This document shows, in pieces, positions 27,010 to 40,617 of a DNA stretch of 64,000 nt. Source of the DNA: the human T2T-CHM13v2.0 reference genome, Homo sapiens. How positions within the stretch are numbered: the stretch's first letter is position 1; every line of letters begins with the position of its first letter. A program made the translations under genes and the position numbers. Under the pieces are notes generated by a model. The model did no database searches, had not been told where the DNA came from, and was given only the letters and a program-made list of their open reading frames with translations. The stretch is taken from assembly GCF_009914755.1 (NCBI RefSeq), contig NC_060930.1, one strand, 5' to 3'.

Positions 27010-27955
27010 TAAAGTTGTTCCTCAAAATGTGTTTCTGCCTGGAGGTTCCTTTGTCCAGAAGCAGTGATTATTAAACACTCACCTAGAGACTGTTAGCATT
27101 CCATTCATGCTCAACCCAGCATATTCCGAATCAGTAAGTCTGAGGTGGGTCCTGCTAATATAGACAGAAGGCAGGGAAATACTGGGCAGAAGAGGGCAGG
27201 TCTCTGGCAAAGGCCCCATGCTGAAGCCTGGAAATCTGCAGCCCTAAATGGGAACAGGCATTCCTGTTTTCATACCCAAATGTGGCCTTTTGGCCTGCCA
27301 TGCCTGCCTTCCTATCCTGTACCCATATAAACCCCAGACCCCAGACTCCATGAGCAGCAGAGCAGCAGATTGGTGTAGCAGAGAAGGAGAGAAGAGAAGG
27401 AGTGTCTGAACATCAAGAGGAGCTTGGCTGGGGATGGTCAGAGAGGAGATTGGCCGCAGGACAGCCAAACCCCATGGGAAGATCATTTTCCCACTCCATC
27501 CCACTGAGAGCCACCCCCTTCACTCAATAAAAATCCCCATATTCACCATCCTTCAAGTCCATGTGACCTGATTCTTTCTGGCCACCAAACAAGGACCCAG
27601 GTACCAAGAGGGCAGGGTATAAAAGGACGGCACCCTGACTATACACTGAGCTGGTTTACCACTTAGCCATCCGTGGCTGGTAAGTACTGAAAGAGCATTT
27701 TTGTAACACCTCCCTAGATGCTACCATGAGGCCGGAGCCCAAAAGCGCTTACCCCGGCTCCTGCACCTGCCCGTCTGCATGCTCTCCCTCCTGTAAAGGG
27801 TTTGAGGTGTTGCAGCCAAGCAAATGAGCCACACTCCTGTCAAAAGTCCCAGGAGGGGGTCAGGGAACTCTCCTATTTCATTGGGAATCTGGGTTGTAAA
27901 TAAATGCCCGGGCACTCCTGTTGCAGCAGGTCTTATGTTTGGGAAATTCTGAGCT
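27010..27955. mobile_element. MER5-type hAT MITE split by an LTR
   Basis: GAATCAGTAAGTCTGAGGTGGGTCC | GGGAATCTGGGTTGTAAATAAATGCCC..GTTTGGGAAATTCTG matches MER5A across the LTR. Confidence 0.55.
27156..27880 (+). mobile_element. ERV1 solo LTR (MER50-like), ~725 bp
   Basis: Starts TAATATAGACAGAAGGCAGGGAAATACTGGG, ends GGGGTCAGGGAACTCTCCTATTTCA; TATAAA at 27326, AATAAA at 27526. Confidence 0.8.
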
Positions 27956-29136
27956 AGAATACTGAGGTCAAATGATTATCAGCTTGTGAACTTGGCTTTG
28001 CTCGTTTACCCTGAACCTTGACTCTTGGAAATATGTGACTTTAATTTTAATACATGCTCATGACTCTGGACTCAGATATTCTACTTCTACGCTTCTATCT
28101 CAAGGAGAATATTCCAAAGCTGGTATGTGTGGAGACAAGCCTTTGAACACAAAATTATTTGCTATCATAATTTATAAAAGGGCAGTGTTAGAAAATAAAT
28201 GCTTTTCCAAGAGGGGAATGATTAAGTATGTATGTTAACTCCACTTAACAGAATACTTTGCAGGCTTTACAAAAGATATCTGCTAAGTCTGTATGATTAC
28301 AAGGAAAATGCTCATGATATAACAAAAAGAAAGATGCAGAATATAAAACGCTTGCAACAAGGTTAAGAAGGGAAAATCCCTCATCTATGCATAGAGGACT
28401 GGCAGGTAAGAAATACAACAAAGTGTTAACTGAGGTTGTCTTTGGATAAGGGTATTTGAATGCCTTTGTTCATCTTTACATTTTCTTTAATGATCAATTA
28501 TTGCTTTTATATTACATACACATATGCATCTATATCTATGCATAGATATAGATATATATTTTGAAAACAGAAGAATTGCATGGATTTGATCATGAAACAG
28601 GACCTGGTGCTACAGTGTGTGTGGTTAAGACCAAATTTGTTTCTTTTATTAGGAAGTAAGTGGGTGAGATCAGTGGTGTGCGCCTGCAGGTCGCATATAA
28701 GCAATGTCCTCTAGACCAGCAAAAAAGATATGTATGTGACAATATTCAGCCACTGAGACTCTTTCCCTGCATAGAGATCGGCAGATGCCATTTCTGCAGA
28801 CAATAGACATTGAATTCAGTGTGAGTTCCTTGAGGTCTAGATGGCTGAGATTGTTCTAGCTCCAGGGGAACCTAGGACAAAGATGCAAAGGGTGGACTCC
28901 CTCCAGTGAGCACAGCTGCCTCCATTCTACTCAGAAAGCCTCCAAATCATCCCTGCAGGACATAGAAGCTCCAGAAATGCTCCTTAGTAGTCAGATAATA
29001 GACCTCCTGACTAAGGTAGGGTGATTCTTTCTCTTTAGGATAGAGACAGAAGAGCTTTTAAACCATACTGATTGCTTGAAGCCCTGTGTTAAAAAATATC
29101 GTGAGAAAGTCTGGGGATTTAAAATGCACACAAATG

Positions 29137-29505
<369 letters not shown>

Positions 29506-29827
29506 TCAGGTCATGCTGGATGTCTCCCTGAATAGACCAGCTTTTTCCTCTGGCTTCACCTGGCCTCTGAACATCCCTGACAGAGCTTTTTCCACTTGTC
29601 ACTTTCAGCCCTTCTAAATATTATCACTGAGGCAAAACTGTGCAACTTGAGCCAAATCAACCTGCCCAACTCCACTCCTATGCATCCTGCAGAGCCCTGT
29701 GACCTGCTTCATTACTCGTTCATAACAGGGTGGAAGTTAAAAAAAAAAAAAGACTGCACAGTTTTCAAAATCTCCATCCCCTGGCCCTCAGACAAGTCCT
29801 TCTTTTATTTAGCACTTAGTTCAAAAC

Positions 29828-30020
29828 CTGTGCTGTCTAGTACAGTACCCAATGGTCACATAAAGTTATTTTATTTAATTTAAATTAATTAAAATTAGAT
29901 AAAATTTAAAGCTCAGTTTCTTAGCTAAACTAGCTGTACTTCAAATGTTCAAAAGTGGTAAGTACACAGGGTACATAGAACATTTCCATCATGCAGAAAG
30001 TTCTAGAAGTTCTACTGAGC
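29828..30020. mobile_element. MER3-like hAT MITE
   Basis: CTGTGCTGTCTAGTAC..TTTAAATTAATTAAAATT..TAGAACATTTCCATCATGCAGAAAGTTCTA. Confidence 0.65.
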
Positions 30021-31209
30021 TATATTACAATTTCTCTTATCTATGTAATTTATTTTAAGTTTCTCGACCCACAACAGATTAGAAATAGCAAGTTAAGGGC
30101 ATAGGGAATGATGACAACAAAGAACCTGATATAAAGGGAGGAGATGAAATGATTAGAAAGCAAAACACTCATCCATTTATTCAATCATTAAACAAATGTT
30201 TATTGCACAACTACTATGTGCCAGGCAGGTCCAGGTGCTTTAGCTAAAGACAAAATCTCTGCTCTCCTGGAGTGCACTGAACCAGTAATACTTCGAGAAT
30301 ATTTAGTATAAGAAGCCTTGTTTTCTTCATTATCCTCTGAAGGCATCATCCTCTAACAATCTAATTCAACAATTGGTTTTTATCTTGAGTCACTAAGAAT
30401 AGTTAATATGGTTTAAGAAGTCAACACGTATATACATTTTAGAAAGATTACTCACCCAGTAGCTAAAGGAGCTGGTTTCAATTACTTACACATTGGGGCT
30501 GCCTACTCTTTTTTCTTTCTACATTGGATAACTGGCATTTTATATGTAAAGAATCCAAAAAAAGTACCCAATTTCTACAAGCTCCTTTTTGCAGATGAGT
30601 TTATGTATTGACTTACTTTCTATTTCTTTTCATGTCAATATAATTTGCTTTCCAGTTCTGTCCACTGATACTGTATGACTCTGGATAAGTCATTTGAACT
30701 TTTTTATCCCTCAGTAGGAAAGTGAGAGAGAAACAGAACTAACACAGACATAATCGTGGGTGGCATAAATTTTATCAACAAGATGTCTGAGAGGGTTTTC
30801 TGAAACAAGCAAGGACCAGGTAGGATTTGATGAACCCATACAATTTCCCTTTTCCCCCACTCTCTTTCTTGTCCCCCACTCTAAACCCAGAATGAATTGT
30901 CTTCTTACCCTTCCCAACTGGTGAAAAAATGGAAGTCAAGCAGTATAAAGCTTAAATATTTGCTTAGAGAAAGAATTCAATTCTGATAGTAAAAGAATTG
31001 TGTCAAAACAGGTGAGGAAGAAATTAAAGTCTTTGGGAACACTCCAGGGCTTGGAAGACATAATTTTTCCAGGTGATGGTCGGAGTTCAGTGAAGGAAAG
31101 CAGAGACATATATGTCAACTGCTTCTAAAAAGTGTAGGTCAGAATCAGGCCAGAAACCCCTAATTTAAAAATGATGTCAAAGGCAGAGTCTAAGATCACT
31201 GATAAATGA

Positions 31210-31452
31210 GAGGTAGTATGATGTCGTGGGAGAAAACACAGCATTTGAGGCCAGACAAATCTCAGTGAAATTCTAGCTCCAGCACCTACTAGCTGTGACA
31301 ACCTTTCTTAACTTAACCTTTGTAACTTAACCTCTCTGTGTCTTGGTTTACTTATTTGCAAAATAAAAAGGATAGTGATCATACCTACCATGCAAGACTG
31401 TTTCAAGTGTTCTATGAAAGTAATTTGTGTGAATCACCTGCCATACAATAGG
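31210..31452. mobile_element. MIR
   Basis: CTAGCTCCAGCACCTACTAGCTGTGAC..TTAACCTCTCTGTGTCTTGGTTT. Confidence 0.65.
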
Positions 31453-31454
31453 TA

Positions 31455-31980
31455 GTTGTGTTAGTTAAGGTGACACTAGCTTTTCTAACAATTAAATGCC
31501 AAATTCCAGTGGCTAACATAATTAAAGTTTTTTTCTTGCCTATGTGATAGACCAAATGGAGAAAGCTGGAGCTTTCCTTCATGTGGTGACTCAGGGATAC
31601 AGGCTTCCATCTTGCAATTTCCCTTTGTCCATCTAAATACAGAAAGCAGAGGGCTTTTCTCCCTGTGGTCACTCAGGGATTGTGGCTTTCATCTTGTGAC
31701 TTCTGCATCCCCTGAAACCTCAAAGTCTCTGCTTCCAGGTGGCAAAGAGGAAGGAGAGAGTGTAGAAGCTTTAACTGTTTCTTAAAATTCCTGGCCTAGA
31801 GATGAGACTTATCTAGTTTCACTGACATTCCATTGATGAGTACTAGTTTCGTGGCCTCCCCCGAGTGCAAGAAGAGCTGGGAAATGTAGTCTTAGTGTAG
31901 CAGCCACCTTTTAGCAATAGCTTACACTCTGAAGGGGTGGCAAATGCATTTGGCCAACAGGTAGCTATTTTGCTATTATG
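31455..31980 (-). mobile_element. MaLR LTR (MLT1-type)
   Basis: GTGACTCAGGGATACAGGCTTCCATCTTG; GAGCTGGGAAATGTAGTCT. Confidence 0.55.
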
Positions 31981-32142
31981 TCCAATAAATGGTACTCATG
32001 CTTACACTCTTTGGTATGAAACACATAGTTAAGTGAGCAGTGATTTTGTTATATAACAAAATTAAGTATGCTGTAAAGTGTTCAAGGATAGAGAGAAAGT
32101 TCAAAACCCAGCTGATAAAGCTACAGGAGTAGACTAGTTTTT

Positions 32143-32184
32143 TTTTTAATTATCGTACTTTAAGTTCCAGGGTACCTGTGCACA
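32143..32184 (-). mobile_element. Extremely 5'-truncated L1PA 3' end (~40 nt)
   Basis: TTATCGTACTTTAAGTTCCAGGGTACCTGTGCACA matches the L1PA terminus (compare 21211-21250); TSD ACTAGTTTTT at 32133-32142 and 32185-32194. Confidence 0.85.
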
Positions 32185-34699
32185 ACTAGTTTTTAAGGTT
32201 CAGTAGTATTTTGGGTCGTGTTTTATTTGGTCATATATGAAACCAAAGAGTGTAATGATTTTATTAATCCACCACAAATATTTATTATACTGATCATATG
32301 CAGGACACTGGTCTAGGCATTAGGTGTGGGCTGGGAAGGGTGTACAAAGGGTGTGAGACCTGGCTCTTGCCTTCAAAGAATTTATATTCTGGTAGGGGAG
32401 GGAAGATACGCACATCCTCAAAGACTCGTAAAGACAGGCAGTTTGGGCAGTGCCCTGAGAAGTACAAAGTGCTATGGGATTTGAGAAAGGGTGGGATGGT
32501 TTCTGTCCAGCGTGATTCAGCTGCAGGAGAATATTCCAAGCACTCAGTGTCTATTTGCCCCTGGACACCACTCTACTTGCTCCATAACACCACCCAACTT
32601 TGTTTCTCAAATCTCCTCTCTGCTCCATGTCTGCTCTCCATGGCTCAGAGCCCTCCTTTTCTTTTTCAGTCTGGGTCCTTGGTTTGTCTTTCCTCTCTGG
32701 CAGGCCCTAGGTTTACAAACTCCATTTTCTGCAGTGAATCCCTTCTCCTGGCAACTCTCAAGAGCTTTGCTCCAGGGAGCTGCACTTCCTAGGTGTGGCC
32801 TTATGTCCCAGATGCCACTCAATCTCCTTGGCTCTTTTCTGTCTTGGGGTTGGAGGGAGGGACCACTTCATGAATAAAACTGCATTTCACTTAGGCCTTG
32901 AAGGATGCACAAAATTTTGTTAAGTAGAGATGAAGCTTTCATTTCTGTAATGCTTGACTCAACAAAAAGGCCCTTTGTTACCACGGATTGATTTTAATTG
33001 GAATCTCTTCAGTTTCCTCTATGTTTTTGGAAAGGCCACTGTATATCAGGCATCTTGCTGATTGCTGATTGTACATGGGATACAGAACTCCCATGATATA
33101 GGTAGGGTAGCTGGTATCACATCCATTTAATGGACGAGGGAGACTGAGGCTTGAAGAAGTCAGGTGACTTTCCTGGTGTTAATCAGCCAGTAAGTAGAAT
33201 AGGCTGGATTTTTCTCTAGTTCTCTTTCACCCTAGTCCAGTGTTCTTTTCCATGTCACAAAATGCTATGGAAGTTCAAATGGACGAACTGAATTGTATCA
33301 AATTAAATTTCATTCAAAAAGACATAAGACCCCTCAAGAATATTTGCAATGTAATACGGCATTCTGAAAGACTATAAAACCTCCAGCAGTCAAAGAAATA
33401 AACCTTGCAATCACTATTTGCTGCATGCGTGAAGGACTGCATTAATGAACTAATGAGTGTATGGTGCCCTGATAGTTCCTCTAATCTGAGTGGGTAAGCA
33501 AGTCCATACCCTGTCTATTCAGAAGCAGGTGCTGACCCTGACAGTCTAGTCTATAAGTGCAGAGGACAAGCAGTCCTCATCCCTTGCTTTTGTGATCCCC
33601 TCTGGTGAAAGTGTGCCTTGCTCAGGTTAGCTGAAACTGACATTTAATTTCAGTTCTACTATTACTCCTTCCCCTTCAGATTCTCAGGGCAGGGTGTCGA
33701 GGTGGAGGGGCCCTCCTTGTGAGGAAGCAGCAGCAGCAGATTTTGCTGATGGTTGAAGAGGGATTTAAAGAGAGGAAGGGACTTGAGAACAGAATGGTTT
33801 GATGAAACAAGAAATGGGTTGCCCAGAATACAAGGGACAACTTTGAAAACAACAGAGATGTGAAGCTAGTGGAAGGGATGGAGAGGTAGATGCAGGACAG
33901 GAAGTGGGTGCAAGGGCGAAAAGCATGTTTTGGGTGTTTATTGGGCAAAATGCTTAGAAGATTTAATAGCAATGCCGAGCAGTCATGGCTGGGGAAAGAA
34001 TCCAGAGAAATGGCATCTGAAATGAAAATGATGAAGTTCACCACTATCCCAGGGCTCAGAACCTGTCCTACGTGCAGAAACATAACTCTTGCCTGCTTTG
34101 GAAAAATGCTGAATTTTTCTATTTGAGAACAAGCTGCACCTCTTTCGCCCCTGGAGGTAGGGACAGGGAGATGTGAAAGAATCTCTCTCAGTTCTAGCCA
34201 TGAGCACTATTTTAAAATGCTGCTTTTCTTAAATGCCTCATATTTTGAAAGGTAACAAAATCTATGTTTGAAATTAGAAAAATAAATGAGCAGGAAAATG
34301 GTGCAGCAGGAAGAATCTGAAGAGGCCATTGAGAGATGGAGGTAGCTTTTCAGTTCTGAGCTCCCCAAGGGTGGGGCCTACCTCATTCACCTGGGGCCGC
34401 CGTCTCTGGCAAATGTCGGGAAAACAACGTACAAATGAATGACTGATGCATAAGGAAACTCACTTCTGGCTAGACTAGAGAAGTGGGAAATTGAAACAGG
34501 GCACCTGTTTCAGACAGGCTTTGTAGGGGTGAGGGTGTGAACCCAGAATGTCTCGAGGTCTGAGTTTCCTGGTTGTCTTTTCTGCCACCAGTGAGCAAAG
34601 TACAGGAGCAGTAGTAGACTTGGCAGAAAAGGTGGCAAGGAAGGTATTTGGGTGATGTGTGTATCTCTCAGGATTAATGTCAGGACGAAATGAGAACAT

Positions 34700-35260
34700 C
34701 TACTCATGGAATGTGCATTTGTTGAGCTCCTTGTATGCACCAGGCAGTTAGGGACACAGCAGTGAACTAAATAGGCAACAATCCTTGCCTTTGTGGCACT
34801 GACATTGCAGAGGGGGCAGGCAGACAATGAATGAGCAGACAGGTAATAGCAGTGGTATATTAGATGGTGGTATGTGATGGAGAAAAACGTAGCAAGAAAG
34901 GGGCTGAGGGAGTACAGGATGGCTGTCAGAGAAGGCCCGTGGAGAAGATGACATTTAAAGCATATGATAGAGCCAGAACTGCATCGATCTGGGGCAGGAG
35001 CATTTCGTGCCCAGGGTACAGAAGGCACACAGGCCCTGTGGGGAAGCTGTCAGGTGTATTCTAGGAGCTTCAGGGAGGCTGCTGGTGTGGCTGGAGCCCG
35101 GTGAAATGGGCAGAGTGTGCTGAGGATGAGGTCAGAGAGGAGCAAACCCTTTGAGCCTTACAGGCCATGCCTGGAACTTGGGCTTTTACTGTAAGTGAGA
35201 TGGAGCCTCTGGAGATGAACAGAGCTTGGACAGGATCTGGCTTAAGTTAAAAAGATCATG
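34700..35260 (-). mobile_element. L2
   Basis: CATTTGTTGAGCTCC..CCAGGC..GAGAAGATGACATTTAAAGC..GGCTTTTACTGTAAGTGAGATGG. Confidence 0.7.
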
Positions 35261-35549
35261 CCATGTGGACTTAGGTTGTATGAAAGTCTCTTAAGGTACT
35301 GGTGAGAACATAGCACTTAATAAATGTTAGCTGTCGCTATTATTAAGCTTATTAAAACATAGTGGGGAGAGGGGATCCCAGAGTGGTAAGTGGTTTCCTG
35401 TAATGCATGTTACACTTCAGCTCCACCAGCTTCTCACACATTGGTTCTGATAAAACTCAGAACCAATCAGATATCAGATGGTAAACATGCTTGGAGATTA
35501 CAAGATCTTGGGCCTAAAACTAGATTAGCAGCGTCCTGATTTGGTGATG

Positions 35550-36200
35550 AATTGCCTCATGGATGGAATAAGCATCTATTGAGCATCTCCTACATGTCCG
35601 GTGCTGAAGCAGACACTGGTAATAAACATAGACATAAGTGGGATGGACAGAGTTCCTGCCCTCACAGGTATTATTTAATTCATACCTCCTCCTCTGGGCA
35701 ATGTGTGAAACAGACATGAAACAAACAATTATGTAAACCATTATCCTGATCTAACAGTGATGAGTGAAATGAAAGATGGGTGCTGGGTGCTCTGGAATGC
35801 ACTGCAGAAGGTCATCATGAAGGGCCTCTCTGAGGAAGGGACATTTAAGCTAAGACAAGAGAAAGGCGGAAGGTGTTGTGGTGGGAAAGAACCCTCTGGG
35901 AGATGGAACAACATATGCAAAGGCCCTGTGACAGGAAGGAGAAAGTGATTCCCATGTCTGGGGAGCAGAGGGCTTGGGCAGAAGCAGGGGAGCCCAAAGG
36001 GGTGGACAGGGCTGGTCAGGTAGGAGCTTTTGGCATGTGGGGATTTGGGCCTTTATTCTGAATGTAATGGGCAGTCTTAAAGGGTTTTCAACAAGGGAGT
36101 GACCTGACCAGACTTGCAATCACTCTGGCTGAAGGTGGGGGGCAGCCTGGGTGGGAATAAGCATGGACTTGGGACCTGTTGGGAGGCCCTTGCAGCACTG
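35550..36200 (-). mobile_element. L2
   Basis: GCATCTATTGAGCATCT..GAAGGGCCTCTCTGAGGAAGGGACATTTAAGCTAAGAC..TGCAAAGGCCCTG. Confidence 0.7.
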
Positions 36201-36651
36201 AAGGGGTCAAATTTCTACATGATGAAAACTGAGGTTCAATGAGCCTTCACGGTACTGACATTGCAGAAGGGGCAGGCAGACACCCCCATCTTCACTAAGG
36301 CTGTTAGCCCTTGATATAAAGACCACGGGCATTGGGCTTAACCTGGCCTAGGATCTCAATTCTGTCCCTTCCTGTTTTGTGGCTTGGATGTCTCTCAATT
36401 CTTCATCTCCTAAAATGAACAAAATTACACTTGCCACACTGGGTGGTTTGGGAGATATGGGAAAATATCACAGTTACCTTGGGGCTTAACAGCCCACTAG
36501 TGCTCTGAGAATCAAAAACTGGACCATTTCAAGGGATCTGAGTAAAAGGTGCTCAACGAATGTGAGATATAACCATTGCAAGATAAGTTTCTGCTGTCTA
36601 TATAAACCTTGTTTCCAAGATTAATCAACGCTTATTTAAAAAGGAACAAAT

Positions 36652-37058
<407 letters not shown>

Positions 37059-38379
37059 TTATCATTCATTTGACAAATAATAATCCATTATCTCATGCTG
37101 CTGACGTGGTACTAGGTGTTATCTACGGGTGACACAGAGTTGGCCCTCATGTCTATTTCTTCCACAGAAGACTACAGAACTTCTGACTCAATTCCTTAGT
37201 TAGAAACCGGAGGGCGAAACTCTGGTTTTTCAGTTTCAATGGGTGTTTTAATTGTTCCTTTAAAGTGTCACATTTCATCACGTGTATCATCATCTCTTAA
37301 ATTACATTATCTTGAAAGTTGCTACTCAAACTTATGCTATTCAAATTTCAAAAAAAATTTTTAAATGATGAACCTCAAGTAATTTATCCCGTGAAGTTCC
37401 AGAGGATGAAAATGTGGCTCAGAGATGATTAAAAATCAGACAGTAAAATATACACATGGATACCTCAGAATTTGTGATGTACTCCCAGGTCCACTGAGAC
37501 CTGTGCACAGCATGAATCACTGGCTTCTGGTATTGAACCTAAGACATGAAGTGGGGGCAATGTGTGTCCCACTGTCCCCCATTATAACATGCCCCTCGGG
37601 CCAAATGTTCTATCCTGATGTCCCCTCACCCCTGGAAAACATGCAGTTGTCAGAAACATGATCACATAGTGAATTTGCCAGGCAAATTGTGAAATATGAG
37701 TCATGGTTCTATTTGTTCTGCAATTGTGAAAATTGCAAACTTTTTATCAAGATAAAAACTGAAACTTTGAGTGTCACCTCATGGGGGGAGCCCTGACACT
37801 CTCACGTCAGACTGTTCTCCTCACCCACCCCCACGGCTCTGGTCACGCTATGCCTCTGCCAGGGACCAACCTGCTGTTTAGTGTTCAGCACCCAGAGAGT
37901 GGCTTGCCCGGAGGCCCTTTCAAATACTGGTCACAAGCACTGCTGTTAGCCTGACCTCCAGCTTGCCTGTCAAGTAGAGGCTTGGTTGTCCTGGAGGCAC
38001 TGCCTCTCTCAGCCCCCTCCCCTCCTACTGTCCAGACTCGAGTCCAGCACTCCCTCTACCCGTGTGCTCTCCATATCCCTGCCCTGTAGCCAGGGACTCC
38101 CAGTCACCACTTACCTAAGTTTCATTCTCTAAAGACCCTGGTAATTGGAAATAGATTCCTACTAATGCACTAATTTGTTACTCCTCAAGAAGTAAATGTG
38201 ATCTTAAAGTGATCTTAGGTAGATAAAGTCTTAATCCACTGGTTTCCTGAAGTCCTCATCTTCCTTGGATGTACCTGAGGGTCACTATAGAAAGCTTGGA
38301 ACCCTCCGCCCTCTATCAGAGCTCCAGCCAGAGCTGTTCTGATTTTATACGCCTCCTTAAAAACACTCTATACTGGGGT

Positions 38380-38620
38380 CACACAGTGTGATCTATGAAA
38401 GGGTGGGCTCTGGAGCCAGACCAGGCAGGATGGAAACCCAGCTCTAGCACCTACAGCTGTGTGATGTTGGGCATATCATTTAACTTCTCTGTGCCTTAAT
38501 TTTGCCATCTGTAAAGTATGAACAGTAACAGCACACTGTATCTACCTTGTAGAATTGTTGGACTAAATGAGTTAAAACATCTGGCATACAGTAAATACTA
38601 CTTAAGAATGCGCTAGTATC
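38380..38620. mobile_element. MIR
   Basis: GGGCTCTGGAGCCAGAC..CCCAGCTCTAGCAC..TTAACTTCTCTGTGCCTT..CATCTGTAAA. Confidence 0.75.
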
Positions 38621-39173
38621 GTCTACATAGGGGCCCTCAGAGATTTTGTTTGAAAGAGGGTTTCCACTGCTTTACAAAAAGGTAAAACAAACAAAGCTCC
38701 AAACTCCCACTCCCTTCACTCAAAATATGAATAACTTACTGGAATGCCACCACCAAGGGTAAGTTTCTTGGCGCCCCTCGGATCTTACCTAAATGTGGGG
38801 CTGAGCCGGCTTCAGGTCTGCCCATGAACTGGATCAATCAACTCAAACCAGCATTGTTGTAGCTGCTGACTTAGGGAACGGAGTTAAGTGCAATATCTGA
38901 GGCACTTTATTCATTTTATTGTTCTCTAGGTTTTTAAAAGTTGTTATTATTAAGCTAATAATGTTAGGCTCTATACCTCATGAGTGCCCAGCAAGAGGCC
39001 ATTGGCTCACGGTGTCAGAGGAACCATGTGAAGAAATATTTCCCAATTTTTGAAGTGAGAGGTCAGATATTAGTATCAAAGATCAGATGTTAGTATCAAA
39101 TAACACTGTGGCATCTGCTTGATTAGAAATGAATGAATAAACTAGCCCACTTTTCAATTATTGGTGACAACTT

Positions 39174-39477
<304 letters not shown>

Positions 39478-40278
39478 TGGTGACAACTTATTATTGGACA
39501 ACATCTTGACCACTTGGGGCAGGTGTCATAGTTAATTTCTAACCAATCTTGAGGTCCTCAAACGTGGAAATGATGCTCTTCCTTTCTTTTTAAGACTTTT
39601 TTTTTATTTTCATGGACTCAAGGAAGGTACTTATTACATGACAATGTAATTCTCATTAGCAGGGGCAGCAGCGACGCTGAGTTGCGCAGCAAACACCGAC
39701 TTGAGCGTGGCTGAGGATCAAGGAGGAGAACTGAAGCATGCACCAGTTGCCACCACCAGGGCAGTGTCCCACCGAACACAGGGCTATCAGCACCATGCCC
39801 CACTTGTACCCCAAGCTCCACTATGATGCTGTAAATATTCCATTGCTTGAAATGAAGGGTCATCATGGTGAGGATGAAGACAGACGCAGTCTCTTTGTGT
39901 CTGAATTTGAGTAATGGGTAGGGGGTGGGTGCTTCCACAGGGTTTTATTGCCCTTGGATCTCAGAAATATTTATTTTCAGTTGATTAATACTCTGCCATT
40001 TATACTGACCACATGGCTTCAGTTTTAGAACTCCAAAAACACAAGGGCTGTTGGGTAGAACAGGAAACAAATTTTAGGAAGTATGTATCACAGTCCCCCA
40101 TGACATTTTCTTGTGGGTTAGTCTTAAGTCATACAGGCATCAGAATTATAATCCTGAGGAAATTTCTTGTAGAAAGAGAGGATTTTCTTGTATGTCTGTA
40201 CCTCTACACTCAGAAGAATGTTGTGGTATTATTTTATTAGCAATGTAATGATAGCAGTTAACATCTGGCGAGTGCTGA

Positions 40279-40617
<339 letters not shown>

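Noticed and set aside
34510-35028. 172-aa ORF
   Set aside because: Mostly overlaps a decayed L2; no protein motif.
37203-37230. Hairpin AAACCGGAG-N7-CTCTGGTTT followed by Ts, resembling an intrinsic terminator
   Set aside because: Mammalian DNA with no bacterial context; a short stem like this is expected by chance.
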